Shown: piece after piece, positions 19,208 to 28,817 of the stretch
Position numbering within the stretch: position 1 is the first letter of the stretch
How the letters are laid out: each line of letters opens with the position of its first letter
Assembly (NCBI GenBank): GCA_945948625.1
Contig: CAMFBT010000002.1
Coordinates: forward strand, 1 to 38,691
DNA from: an uncultured Mycoplasmatota bacterium
GTDB taxonomy: Bacteria > Bacillota_I > Bacilli_A > RF39 > UBA660
Reading direction: 5' to 3'
Length of the DNA: 38,691 bases
Program-made: the position numbers and the translations under genes
The notes under the pieces: generated by a model
Database searches by the model: none
Seen by the model: the letters and a program-made list of their open reading frames with translations, nothing else
What the model was told of the DNA's origin: nothing

Positions 19208-19936
19208 TTATTTCTCATCTATATCATTAATTTTCTTTAAAGTACTAAAATCTCCACCTAATAAAGTAAAATCATCCTTAAAAATAACCTTATCAGTAGT
19301 AACATCAATAGTCATATAATCATTTTTAACATATACTCTCTCGCTATCAAGATCAATCATCTCATAAGTATCAGTTTCTCGATCATAATATTCAAGCATA
19401 TTTAAATAAGAACAACTAATATAAGACATTGGACTAAGTTTAATTTCTCTATCATTAATAACAATAGTAACAGCATCAATAAAGAAATATAAATCTCTAC
19501 CATCATACAAAAACATATGATCAAAAGGTTTATCAAGCCTCTTCATTCTTAAATAACATAAATCATTTTTAATATAGAGTTCAGACAAAGCATCAACCTG
19601 ATAACTAATATCCTTAAGTGGAAAAAATATAGCCATTTCCTTAGGAAAAATAACATCTACATATTTATCATTATTAACATAAACAGGAGTACTATCTAAA
19701 CTAACTGCAAAATCCTTAGGCTCAAAATTAAGAACAACATCCTTTCTATTTCTACCAATTTTAGCAATATAATCCATTTTATGACCAGAAAAATATTGAT
19801 AAACAGAAATATCTTTATTTTCAGCATATCTATTATTCTTATATTCCCTAACATATAAAATAACTGCAATTAAAATAACAAGAATTAGAAAAACTGGGAT
19901 CAAAATATTATAATTTTTTTTAATAAATTCTTTCAT
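19208..19936 (-). CDS. N-terminally membrane-anchored protein, third gene of the giant-protein operon
   Basis: SD aggagg is present, and a single TM helix reads NILIPVFLILVILIAVILYV. Its ectodomain shares a recognisable module with the two upstream proteins (FLYDGRDLYFFIDAVTIVI versus FYKLADRKYLVVDKEIKSL). Confidence 0.7.
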   Translation of the reverse strand: MKEFIKKNYNILIPVFLILVILIAVILYVREYKNNRYAENKDISVYQYFSGHKMDYIAKIGRNRKDVVLNFEPKDFAVSLDSTPVYVNNDKYVDVIFPKEMAIFFPLKDISYQVDALSELYIKNDLCYLRMKRLDKPFDHMFLYDGRDLYFFIDAVTIVINDREIKLSPMSYISCSYLNMLEYYDRETDTYEMIDLDSERVYVKNDYMTIDVTTDKVIFKDDFTLLGGDFSTLKKINDIDEK

Positions 19937-19948
19937 ATAAGTTTCCTC

Positions 19949-21355
19949 CTAATACTTAAACTTATAACTAGATTTAACATCTTTAATTACTTTACCATTA
20001 GATTTAACATCAGTAAGAAGTAACTCTACATTATCATCTAAAACAGTATTAACATAAATATCATTAACAGTATTACCATTAATAGAAATAGTAGTACTAC
20101 TAACCTCTTCATTATTAACAAACACTTTTAAAGTAGCAGAATCAATATCATAACTATTATCCGAAGTAATTAAATATTTAATATTTCCAAAAGAAACACT
20201 AGTAACTTTAATAGAAATTTTAGGTTTCTTAGTAGTAACATTAATATTATCAAAAGTATCAGTACTAACTTCATTATTTTCATCAAGATATGAATATTTA
20301 AAAGTAAGATTATAAGTAGTATTTGGAAAAAGATTACTAATCACATATCCAGTATCATTACTATTTAAATAAATAGTATCAATTTTATTAGTCCCAATCT
20401 CATGTACTTCCATATAAACAGAAGTATATTCTTTCTTAGGATCATAAATAACATAATTAACATTTATTTTATCAGTAGTACTATAAGTAGATATAACTGA
20501 TGTCCTCTTTGTAGCCTTTTTAACTTCCTGAATAACAGTATTAGAATTTCCACTACCAAGATTACTTCCATCACCCGAATTATTACCACCACTTGAATTA
20601 TTTCCACCACCAGTAGAAGCATTACTATTATCAGTAATATTAGTAACACCATTATTAATACTATTATCATTACTTTCCGAAGGAACTAAATCCTCTTTAG
20701 TATATTTATTTGAAGAACCAATAATCTTTTTCAAATCAATCTTATTACTACCATAAGTAAGAATTTCATTAGCAATATCAAAAGTATAATTAGAAGTAAC
20801 AATAGTAGTAGGAGAAAAAGTTTTTAAACTAACCTTATGATTAGTAAGTGTAGCATTACCAACTTTATCTAAATCAACCATTAAAAATTCACTAGTAGAA
20901 AGAAGACCATCTAACGATTTAATTTCTTTATCAACAACCAAATATTTACGATCAGCTAGTTTATAAAACTTTGTTAAAGCCGAATTCTTAATAACAGTTT
21001 CCCCATCAGTAATATCAATAGAATCACCAGCACCAATTTCATAATACTTTCCATATAAAATAATTTCTCCAGTATCCTCATTATAAGAAATAGCACTATC
21101 ACCTAATAAAATATTTTTATCATCATAAATAAGATAATAATCATTATTCCATTTTTTCTTAATTATACCATTTTCTTTAATTTTAACAATAGACTTATCC
21201 TTGTCAAAAACCAAACTACCAGTATATACAGTATATTCTTTTTTATCAAAAGATAAAAATAACTTAATAATTAGAGAAAACATGATTATAATTAGAACAG
21301 AAATTCCAATAATTATTCCTATGTTTCTCTTATTTTTTATATCATATTTTCTCAT
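19949..21355 (-). CDS. N-terminally membrane-anchored surface protein with Gly/Asn/Ser linker and FN3-like C-terminal domains
   Basis: A TM helix (IGIIIGISVLIIIMFSLIIKLFL) is followed by a juxtamembrane module homologous to that of the giant protein. A low-complexity linker (NASTGGGNNSSGGNNSGDGSNLGSGNSN) comes next. The beta-rich domains carry an FN3-like signature (LFPNTTYNLTFKYSY). Confidence 0.75.
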   Translation of the reverse strand: MRKYDIKNKRNIGIIIGISVLIIIMFSLIIKLFLSFDKKEYTVYTGSLVFDKDKSIVKIKENGIIKKKWNNDYYLIYDDKNILLGDSAISYNEDTGEIILYGKYYEIGAGDSIDITDGETVIKNSALTKFYKLADRKYLVVDKEIKSLDGLLSTSEFLMVDLDKVGNATLTNHKVSLKTFSPTTIVTSNYTFDIANEILTYGSNKIDLKKIIGSSNKYTKEDLVPSESNDNSINNGVTNITDNSNASTGGGNNSSGGNNSGDGSNLGSGNSNTVIQEVKKATKRTSVISTYSTTDKINVNYVIYDPKKEYTSVYMEVHEIGTNKIDTIYLNSNDTGYVISNLFPNTTYNLTFKYSYLDENNEVSTDTFDNINVTTKKPKISIKVTSVSFGNIKYLITSDNSYDIDSATLKVFVNNEEVSSTTISINGNTVNDIYVNTVLDDNVELLLTDVKSNGKVIKDVKSSYKFKY

Positions 21356-21360
21356 ATTAT

Positions 21361-24300
21361 TTACGACCTTTCCTGTTTATTTTCAATTTTTAATTGAATA
21401 TCAAACACAGTACTATCACCAAGTTTAAGAAGAGTTAAATTACCATCTTTATCAACATAATAATAACTAATATTAATAGTATTATTAACACCAAGTTCTT
21501 TTCCATCAGGAATATCAATAGTAAGATATGGAAAATTATCACTATCTAATGTAAAAACTATATTATCTGGATCAGTATCATTAACTTTACCAATAACACC
21601 AGAAGCAATTCTTTCTCCACCCTGAACAGTAATACTATATTCAATACCTTTTAAAGAACTAGTAAGATTAGAAGCTCCAACAAAAGTAAGTAAAATTTTA
21701 TTGTTAGATACAGCTGTTGGAGTAACAGCTCCTAATGAAAATCCTAAATCACTTTTTGTATATTGATCTTTTCTAACATAAACTCTAGAACTTTTTTCAC
21801 TCTCACTTAAGGATACATTATTACGATAAGTATCAGCATAAGCATAAATAACATATTTAGTATCAGCATTCAAATTATCAAAAGTAATTTCTATTACTTG
21901 TCCACTATTAGTATTACTTAAAACAGTACATGTCTTACCATTTTTAAAATTACAAGTATTATTCTTAATGTCAACCTCTACTAAACAATCATTAACATTA
22001 GAACAAGCATTTTGATAAGAAGAATTTTGAAGTTCAACCATATACTTACCATCATTAATAACCCTATGGCTATCATTTACACTAATTTTATATTTAATAC
22101 TATGTTTATAACCACTAGAAGAACTTTCAATAATAGCCTCTTGATTATCAACCTTAATGTCAGGATTTTTAAGTTCAGGAAAATCAATATAAACCGAACT
22201 AGTAGCAGACTGTTTAATTTTATCATTAAATAATTCAAGTTTCTTATTTAAATCTGTAGTAACAGCATAAACTTTTAAAGTATAATAATTAGAACCAAAA
22301 ACAAAATCATTTCCAGAAATATCTTCTCCATATGAAGCAGTAATAGTTCCCTTAGAATTAATATTAAAATCATTATTTAAAATAGTTCTCTGATATTTCA
22401 TTTCATCATTAATATCATATATTTCATACAAAATATCAAAATTAACATTAGTTTTTAAAACATACTTTAAATTTAAAATTCTCTTACTATAAACATCTTC
22501 ACCAATACTAGAAGTAACATCAATACTAAGTTCCTTAAGAACACCATCCTTATTAAGAGTTTTAAAACTATCCTTATATTCAACATAACCATTAACATTA
22601 TAATCAAACAAAGGAGTTTTAACCTTAGTACCATTCTTATTCATATCAGCAGATATCTTATAATAATATTCACTATCAGGATCAAGACCTATAACTGTAA
22701 CTTCATTCAAATTATCATAATCAGTCTCTTCAGTTTTAACAAGAACTTCCTCTGAAACACAATCAGAATCTTCTATATCACAATAAGTTTTTTTATAAAT
22801 ATCAATATAGAATTTATATTTACCATCAGTTTTAACAAAATCAGAATTTAAAGTATCTTCATCTACAGATAAATTAATATTAAATACAGCACCATTAATA
22901 AGTGAAGTTGCCTTAGAACTAACCTTAGGAGTAATACTAGTAAATTTAAAATTATTATCACTAGTTTGAATATCAACCATATCTAACACCTTAAGATTAA
23001 TATATTTAACATTAGCTTCATAAATCCCACTAAGAATAGGAGTAAAATTATCAGTAACTTTGTTAATATCTCCAAAAGAAACAAACTTTTGCTTATCAAT
23101 ATCAATCATATTATTAGTAGTAAGTTTCCACATAGTACTAGATTTATCAAAAGAAGAACTCAAAATGCCCATTGGTTTAGTACTATTATAAAATACAATA
23201 TTACTACCATTATCTTTAATATAAATATAACTTCCAGGTTCACTAATACTATTAGCCTGATATACAAAACCAACTTTTCCAGCATCCTTTGCACTAACTA
23301 ACCCTAATTGTTCAAAATAACTACCAATTTTAGATTTCTGACTAAATCCAATATATCCAGTATCATAAAAAGCCTTTAAATTAACTTTAACATCCTTACC
23401 CTTAAAATTAGCAATATCCTTATAATCAATAATAAAACATTTTCTATCCCCACAACTTTGAATATCACTATCAGTAAATGAAGAAATAACTTTTTCATAT
23501 TTTTCACTACCAGCACTTAAAGTAAGTAAATAAGCAGAAACCCTATCCAAAAATTCATTATCATCAATAATAATCTTAAGCCTATTATCAAAATTACCAT
23601 ATTCAAGTTCATAACCCATATTAGCAGTTTTACCATCATGATATCCATCAAAATAAAATTTATTCAAAGTAACATTACTAACTTCAGAATCTTTTAAATT
23701 AGCTCTACTATAACTAATAGTATAAATATCAGAAGCACTTAAATTACCAAAAGTAACATCCTTAAATTCATCAGTTTTCTCAATAACACTAGAAAAGACA
23801 TTGTCATTAATAGAATAATATAGTAAATATTTATCACTATCACTATCTTTTACCAATGCATTATCAATATCAGTAACAGAATATTTATAAGTAATAGAAT
23901 CACTAGTACTATTATCAACATACATTTTAAATACAGGATCCCTTTTAACAGCATTAAACAAATTACTAATAGGCCTATTAGAAGGATAAACACTATCAGC
24001 CTTACCATCATTATCAGTATCAAGATTAATCTCAAAACCAAACTTATAAGAATTACCTCTTCTCATATCAGTATCTTCTATTGATATATCTGTACCATAA
24101 TCCAAAAAGAAATAAGTTTCATTAACATCAGTACCTACATAAGATACATCCTTAGTATCAATTATCTTACCAGATTTATCATAAGCATAAAATTTAATAG
24201 ACCTAATAGGATTATCAACTAATTTAAGAACATTATTAATCTTATCCTTATCAAATACAGCAGTAACCTTATAGCCTCTAATAGTATTCTTATCAAGTTT

Positions 24301-26949
24301 ATTATCATAAGAAACACTATATTCTCCAGATTCAGTCATAGTATTAGTAATTTCATCAACAAGTATCTGTGGAGAACTAACCTCATCCTCTAATAAAAGA
24401 ATAGATGGAGTTTCAAAAACATACATATTATCAAGAATTACAAACTGATTAGTCATAGTTGCATCAAAAGCATCAGTAACTTCAATTGTATAATATTTAC
24501 TTAACTTACCACCAGATAACTCTCTTAACATATCAAGATTTTCAATTCCAAACATATTAGAAGTCAAAGTAAATTCCTTATTATAGTAAAGTTCCTTAAT
24601 ATTACCAGTAGTAGTAAAAGTACCAATAGGTTCAGTAATAATACTATTTTTAACATTTCCATTATATAAATTAAATGTAATAGAAGCAATTTCATTAACA
24701 GAATCATCATCAGGATCAGTACTAATCATTTCAGTGCTAACAGAAATAGGAGTTTCAAAACTATAATTATTACTCTTCCAATTCTGCATTTTCAAAGCCT
24801 TAGTACCTTTAGTACTAGCACTAAAACTACCAATATACATACCACTTTCAAGACCTAGCCCTGTTTGCATATCAACATCAGCATAAACTTCAAATGTATA
24901 CATAGTATCTTCAGCAAGACCACCTAATTTTAAATTATAACTCATATTAGTAGAATCAAAACTAACACCACTAACACTTTTCTTAATCTTATCAGGTCCA
25001 TAATATTTAATAATAATTTCATTTTCCTGATCAAAACAACTTCTACCACTATTTGGAACAGTACAGCCCTCATCATTTATAATTACAGTACCACTAATTT
25101 GATTAAAAGATGTTTCTTCTTCATTAATAGTAAATGAAACAGTAGGTTTACCAAGTACTTGAAAATAATTACTAAAACCAGTATCAATTTGATTATATTT
25201 ATAATTATCATAATAATCTACAATAACCTTAAAACGATAATCAACATTACTTACAATACCATTCTCACCAAGTTTTAATTTTTGCTGTTTAAGTTCATTA
25301 TCACTAAAACTATAAACAGGATCAGCACTAGCAATATTATCTTCAGTAATATCAATAGCTTTATATATTTCATAAGTATACCTAACTATACTTTTATCAG
25401 AATCTTCAGGCTCATCCATTAATAAAGAAAACTCTTTTCCATCATCACTTACTTTAACAGAAATATCCCCAAGTTTAGGTTTTTCTTTCAATGTAATGTC
25501 ACTAGTACTAATAGTATAAACATCAGCATTATTAAGATTATTAAATACAACCGAATCAACTTTAACATTATATGTAGTATTTTTTTCTAAACCTTCAAAA
25601 AGTATAACATCATTGTTATCATTAAGAATAGTTTTCGTATTTCCAATCTGTTTACCATCTTCACCATACAAACTAATATTAGCAGACTTAACTAAACTAG
25701 TCCCAAAATCCAAATAATATGATAAAGAATCAGTAGTAACATATTCTCTAACCAAACTCAAATCTAAACTATCAGTTTTAAATATCTTTTTAAAATATTG
25801 AACACTTGAAACATTATTTTCTCCACTAATAGTCATGACATAATTAGCATCAGGAGTCAAAGAACTAATATTAACACTTTGAATATCAGAAGAATTAACA
25901 AGTGTTTTTTCATAAACTGTCTTTCCAGTATCAGAATTAACTAATGTAAGAAGTAAATTACCTTTGATGTAATCAGCAGTATCAATAACTTGAAAACTTG
26001 CTTCAATAGTACTAATACCAACTTTAGCAGTAATTAAATCAACAGATACTTCTTTTTTTATAACAGACTGTGTAGTCTCCTCTTGATCACCATTTCCATT
26101 TGTAATATTACCTTCATTACCAGTACCAGTACTACTACCATCAGAAGGATTATTATCACTAGAATTTCCATCACTATTCTTATCGTCACCCTTAACTTTA
26201 CCATTATCAGGAGTAATATCAATATTTTCATTACCATCAATAGTCATTTCAGAAAGAGATAATTTCACTTCTTCCCCTTTAATAACATTTTTATCTCCAA
26301 GGTCAATTTTCACATCATTTCCAACATAAATAGTGGTTCCATCACTAACAGTCTGATAACTACCTTCTTGATTTTCAATTCTAACAACACCATCTTCTAT
26401 AAATAAAATTTCAAAATAATTACCACTTACTGTTTCATTACTACCTGCTAACTTAATTTTAATATCTTTACCAACAATAATATATTTATTATCAGTAATT
26501 CTTCCCAAAAAATTACCAAAAATCAAGGTTTTATCAGAAGATTCAATATAATATCCCCCATTATTATATTTAATAATAGACTCATCAGTAATATTATAAT
26601 AAGGTACCAAAGTAGTATTAATATTATCCAAATCTAATATAACCCCATTCTTCATAAAAGATAAAGAATTATCTAAATAATGAATAAAATTATTTTTATT
26701 AGTACTAACTTCTTTATTATCTACATCTTTAAAAACATATTCATCAAATACATTTTCCTTATATACAGTATTATCATCAAAATATAATTTATTACTTTCA
26801 GTAGCAGTACTATTAATAATATAACCAGCACTATAAAATTCCTTACTAGACTTTCTAGTAAGAAATAAAGTACCTACTGCTAAAACAATCAAAGCAATAA
26901 TACTAATAACTAAAATAATCCAAAAACTTTTACCACCAATTTTCTTCAT
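21361..26949 (-). CDS. giant (1862 aa) N-terminally anchored multi-domain surface protein, FN3/Ig-like repeats
   Basis: This is a single uninterrupted ORF with TM helix FWIILVISIIALIVLAVGTLFL. An Asp/Asn/Ser/Gly linker follows the juxtamembrane module. At least six domains carry the FN3-type L-x-x-(D/N)-(T/S)-x-Y signature: LTPDANYVMTISG, LEKNTTYNVKVDS, LAEDTMYTFEVYA, LDPDSEYYYKISA, LNADTKYVIYAYA, LSASDIYTISYS. There is no LPXTG motif or choline/SLH anchor. Confidence 0.85.
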   Translation of the reverse strand: MKKIGGKSFWIILVISIIALIVLAVGTLFLTRKSSKEFYSAGYIINSTATESNKLYFDDNTVYKENVFDEYVFKDVDNKEVSTNKNNFIHYLDNSLSFMKNGVILDLDNINTTLVPYYNITDESIIKYNNGGYYIESSDKTLIFGNFLGRITDNKYIIVGKDIKIKLAGSNETVSGNYFEILFIEDGVVRIENQEGSYQTVSDGTTIYVGNDVKIDLGDKNVIKGEEVKLSLSEMTIDGNENIDITPDNGKVKGDDKNSDGNSSDNNPSDGSSTGTGNEGNITNGNGDQEETTQSVIKKEVSVDLITAKVGISTIEASFQVIDTADYIKGNLLLTLVNSDTGKTVYEKTLVNSSDIQSVNISSLTPDANYVMTISGENNVSSVQYFKKIFKTDSLDLSLVREYVTTDSLSYYLDFGTSLVKSANISLYGEDGKQIGNTKTILNDNNDVILFEGLEKNTTYNVKVDSVVFNNLNNADVYTISTSDITLKEKPKLGDISVKVSDDGKEFSLLMDEPEDSDKSIVRYTYEIYKAIDITEDNIASADPVYSFSDNELKQQKLKLGENGIVSNVDYRFKVIVDYYDNYKYNQIDTGFSNYFQVLGKPTVSFTINEEETSFNQISGTVIINDEGCTVPNSGRSCFDQENEIIIKYYGPDKIKKSVSGVSFDSTNMSYNLKLGGLAEDTMYTFEVYADVDMQTGLGLESGMYIGSFSASTKGTKALKMQNWKSNNYSFETPISVSTEMISTDPDDDSVNEIASITFNLYNGNVKNSIITEPIGTFTTTGNIKELYYNKEFTLTSNMFGIENLDMLRELSGGKLSKYYTIEVTDAFDATMTNQFVILDNMYVFETPSILLLEDEVSSPQILVDEITNTMTESGEYSVSYDNKLDKNTIRGYKVTAVFDKDKINNVLKLVDNPIRSIKFYAYDKSGKIIDTKDVSYVGTDVNETYFFLDYGTDISIEDTDMRRGNSYKFGFEINLDTDNDGKADSVYPSNRPISNLFNAVKRDPVFKMYVDNSTSDSITYKYSVTDIDNALVKDSDSDKYLLYYSINDNVFSSVIEKTDEFKDVTFGNLSASDIYTISYSRANLKDSEVSNVTLNKFYFDGYHDGKTANMGYELEYGNFDNRLKIIIDDNEFLDRVSAYLLTLSAGSEKYEKVISSFTDSDIQSCGDRKCFIIDYKDIANFKGKDVKVNLKAFYDTGYIGFSQKSKIGSYFEQLGLVSAKDAGKVGFVYQANSISEPGSYIYIKDNGSNIVFYNSTKPMGILSSSFDKSSTMWKLTTNNMIDIDKQKFVSFGDINKVTDNFTPILSGIYEANVKYINLKVLDMVDIQTSDNNFKFTSITPKVSSKATSLINGAVFNINLSVDEDTLNSDFVKTDGKYKFYIDIYKKTYCDIEDSDCVSEEVLVKTEETDYDNLNEVTVIGLDPDSEYYYKISADMNKNGTKVKTPLFDYNVNGYVEYKDSFKTLNKDGVLKELSIDVTSSIGEDVYSKRILNLKYVLKTNVNFDILYEIYDINDEMKYQRTILNNDFNINSKGTITASYGEDISGNDFVFGSNYYTLKVYAVTTDLNKKLELFNDKIKQSATSSVYIDFPELKNPDIKVDNQEAIIESSSSGYKHSIKYKISVNDSHRVINDGKYMVELQNSSYQNACSNVNDCLVEVDIKNNTCNFKNGKTCTVLSNTNSGQVIEITFDNLNADTKYVIYAYADTYRNNVSLSESEKSSRVYVRKDQYTKSDLGFSLGAVTPTAVSNNKILLTFVGASNLTSSLKGIEYSITVQGGERIASGVIGKVNDTDPDNIVFTLDSDNFPYLTIDIPDGKELGVNNTINISYYYVDKDGNLTLLKLGDSTVFDIQLKIENKQERS

Positions 26950-26976
26950 TTTATCACCGACACCTATTCTTAATAA

Positions 26977-27005
26977 ATTATAACAAAATACACTATAAAA
27001 GTCAA
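26977..27005 (-). promoter_or_regulatory. sigma-A-type promoter of the giant-protein operon
   Basis: The minus strand reads TTGACT, a 17-nt spacer, then TGtTATAAT (extended -10), about 25 nt upstream of ATG 26949. Confidence 0.6.
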
Positions 27006-27049
27006 TTGTTCACAAATAGAAAAAAAATAAACTTTTTTTGATTTAATAG

Positions 27050-27078
27050 TTTACAAACAAAAAAAAATATAATATAAT
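27050..27078 (+). promoter_or_regulatory. sigma-A-type promoter of tRNA-Lys
   Basis: The sequence reads TTTACA, a 17-nt spacer, then TATAAT, about 20 nt upstream of the tRNA 5' end. Confidence 0.5.
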
Positions 27079-27098
27079 ATTAAATGTATTTAAGAGAT

Positions 27099-27174
27099 GT
27101 CTCCTTAGCTCAGTTGGTAGAGCAACTGACTCTTAATCAGTGGGTCTAGGGTTCGAATCCCTAAGGGGACACCA
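27099..27174 (+). tRNA. tRNA-Lys (anticodon CTT)
   Basis: I folded the cloverleaf by hand. The acceptor is gtctcct/aggggac, the D arm gctc..gagc, and the anticodon stem actga/tcagt with loop ctCTTaa. The T arm is taggg-ttcgaat-cccta. CCA is encoded. Confidence 0.93.
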
Positions 27175-27198
27175 TTTTTTATATTTTAAAAAAAATAC

Positions 27199-27227
27199 TT
27201 GAAAGTTCATTATATATATGATATAAT
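27199..27227 (+). promoter_or_regulatory. internal sigma-A-type promoter ahead of tRNA-Ile/tRNA-Glu
   Basis: The sequence reads TTGAAA, a 17-nt spacer, then TGaTATAAT (extended -10), in the 72-nt gap after tRNA-Lys. Confidence 0.5.
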
Positions 27228-27246
27228 GTAGAAGCAACGGAAAAAT

Positions 27247-27323
<77 letters not shown>

Positions 27324-27330
27324 TTTTTTT

Positions 27331-27407
27331 GGCCAGTTGGTGAAGTGGCTTAACACACTGCCCTTTCACGGCAGCATTCATGGATTCGAATTCCATACTG
27401 GTCACCA
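27331..27407 (+). tRNA. tRNA-Glu (anticodon TTC)
   Basis: The acceptor is ggccagt/actggtc. The anticodon stem is ctgcc/ggcag with loop ctTTCac. The T arm is atgga-ttcgaat-tccat. CCA is encoded. Confidence 0.92.
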
Positions 27408-27417
27408 ATTTAAAATT

Positions 27418-27445
27418 AAAAAGCCTTACGGCTTTTTTATTTTTC
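27418..27445. terminator. bidirectional rho-independent terminator (tRNA cluster / DUF368 gene)
   Basis: The sequence aaaaagcc-ttac-ggcttttttatttt has an A-run before the GC-cored stem and a T-run after it, so it can terminate both convergent units. It overlaps the stop codon at 27437-27439. Confidence 0.75.
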
Positions 27446-28240
27446 CTTAAAAAGATTAGAAATAACAATACCCAATATCATAAAAATAATACCAAGAAAT
27501 AAATTAAAAAAATAAACTCTTACTTTAAATACTTGAAAAACAAGAAGAAATATACTAGAAATCAAAATACCAAGAATAAAAGAATATACACTATCACTAT
27601 ATTTTCTAAATAAATAATCAACTAATTTAACAAACAAAATAATACCAATAATAGTTCCCATAACAAAAGGAACTATTATTTTTAAATTAGCTAAAAAATA
27701 AGAAATATTAGTAATATTACCCAAAGAAGAAATAATAATATTATATGTTCCTAAAATCATAAGAAGAGCAGTTCCACTTACACCTGGAACAATAGTCCCA
27801 ATAGCCTCTAATATACCAGAAATAAAAAACATAATTAAATCAGTAAAATTATTCTTAATAATATAACTATTATCACATCCCCAAATTGAAATAAAAAAGA
27901 AAAAAAGAAAACTAATAAAAGCAATATAATAATCATTTCTTTTAACTTTTGATATAATAGTTGGAACACCACCTATAATAAGTCCAATAAAGAAAAGCAT
28001 TGTAATAACATAATATTCAGATAAACAATAACTAATAATTTTACTAAAAAGAATAATAGAAACAATAATACCAATTCCAAGAGAAACTAAATATTTACTT
28101 CCTTCATATACATTACTTTTAAAATTACAAATATAATAAATAGCTTTATCATACACACCCATAATAATAGCCAGAACAGCACCACTTACACCAGGAATAA
28201 TTTTACCAATACCAATAACAAAACCTTTAAGAAAATTCAT
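27437..28240 (-). CDS. DUF368-family membrane protein (family implicated in undecaprenyl-phosphate recycling/translocation)
   Basis: It is polytopic with the duplicated family motif IIPGVSGAVLAIIMGVYD and IVPGVSGTALLMILGTYN. The track start (28261) is TTG. I use ATG 28240, which lies 2 nt after the cwlJ stop. Confidence 0.8.
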   Translation of the reverse strand: MNFLKGFVIGIGKIIPGVSGAVLAIIMGVYDKAIYYICNFKSNVYEGSKYLVSLGIGIIVSIILFSKIISYCLSEYYVITMLFFIGLIIGGVPTIISKVKRNDYYIAFISFLFFFFISIWGCDNSYIIKNNFTDLIMFFISGILEAIGTIVPGVSGTALLMILGTYNIIISSLGNITNISYFLANLKIIVPFVMGTIIGIILFVKLVDYLFRKYSDSVYSFILGILISSIFLLVFQVFKVRVYFFNLFLGIIFMILGIVISNLFKEK

Positions 28241-28242
28241 AA

Positions 28243-28668
28243 TTAATGCACTTCTTTGCAAACACCAGAAGCAGGCTCATAAAAACAATGATTTTTATAT
28301 CTGCCAGCAAAATCTTGATCCCACCAAGTACTATTACAACTAGTACCAGTTTTAGGAGCATAAAACCATAAAGCATTAGTAGCAGGATAATAATATTCTC
28401 CTCTTATAACCCTATCAGCAAGTTCACTTTCTTTAGCCGTAGGATTACCATAAAATAAAGAACTACTAGTACCAGAAAAACCACCCGGAGACTGAAATAC
28501 CATTTCAGAAATAGTTCTAATATCTTTAAAAGTAAGACAATCCGCAATTACCCTATTTATTCCAACATTGCCAACCATAAGCATACCAAGATCCCCTTCA
28601 CCAACAGCTTCAGCTCTCATAAGTCTAGCAAGTAATTCTTTTTCCTTAGTAGTATATTTAACAATCAT
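28243..28668 (-). CDS. cwlJ: cell wall hydrolase, CwlJ/SleB catalytic-domain family
   Basis: The 141-aa protein has no signal peptide. It aligns by eye along its length with B. subtilis CwlJ: LLARLMRAEAVGEGDLGMLMVGNVGINRV ... WYFAP ... YKNHCFYEP. SD ggtga precedes the ATG. Confidence 0.78.
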   Translation of the reverse strand: MIVKYTTKEKELLARLMRAEAVGEGDLGMLMVGNVGINRVIADCLTFKDIRTISEMVFQSPGGFSGTSSSLFYGNPTAKESELADRVIRGEYYYPATNALWFYAPKTGTSCNSTWWDQDFAGRYKNHCFYEPASGVCKEVH

Positions 28669-28782
28669 AACATCACCACTAAAGTATATGAAAAATTAAA
28701 GAATATAATACACTATTAATAAAATTATAATATTATTATTTTACACTTTTAATAAAAATATTTAATAAAGCATATAATAAAA

Positions 28783-28811
28783 TTGACAATATTTATAACA
28801 TTTGCTATACT
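28783..28811 (+). promoter_or_regulatory. near-consensus sigma-A promoter driving a small non-coding transcript
   Basis: TTGACA (28783-28788), an exactly 17-nt spacer, then TATACT (28806-28811). No ORF with an SD follows. Confidence 0.6.
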
Positions 28812-28817
28812 ATTGTC

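Noticed and set aside
20464-26240. Six short ORFs (20464-20670, 21201-21428, 22012-22233, 23089-23301, 23850-24041, 26058-26240) within the giant-protein operon
   Set aside because: All are alternate-frame or antisense shadows of the long genes. Two of them simply mirror the Gly/Asn/Ser linker repeats.
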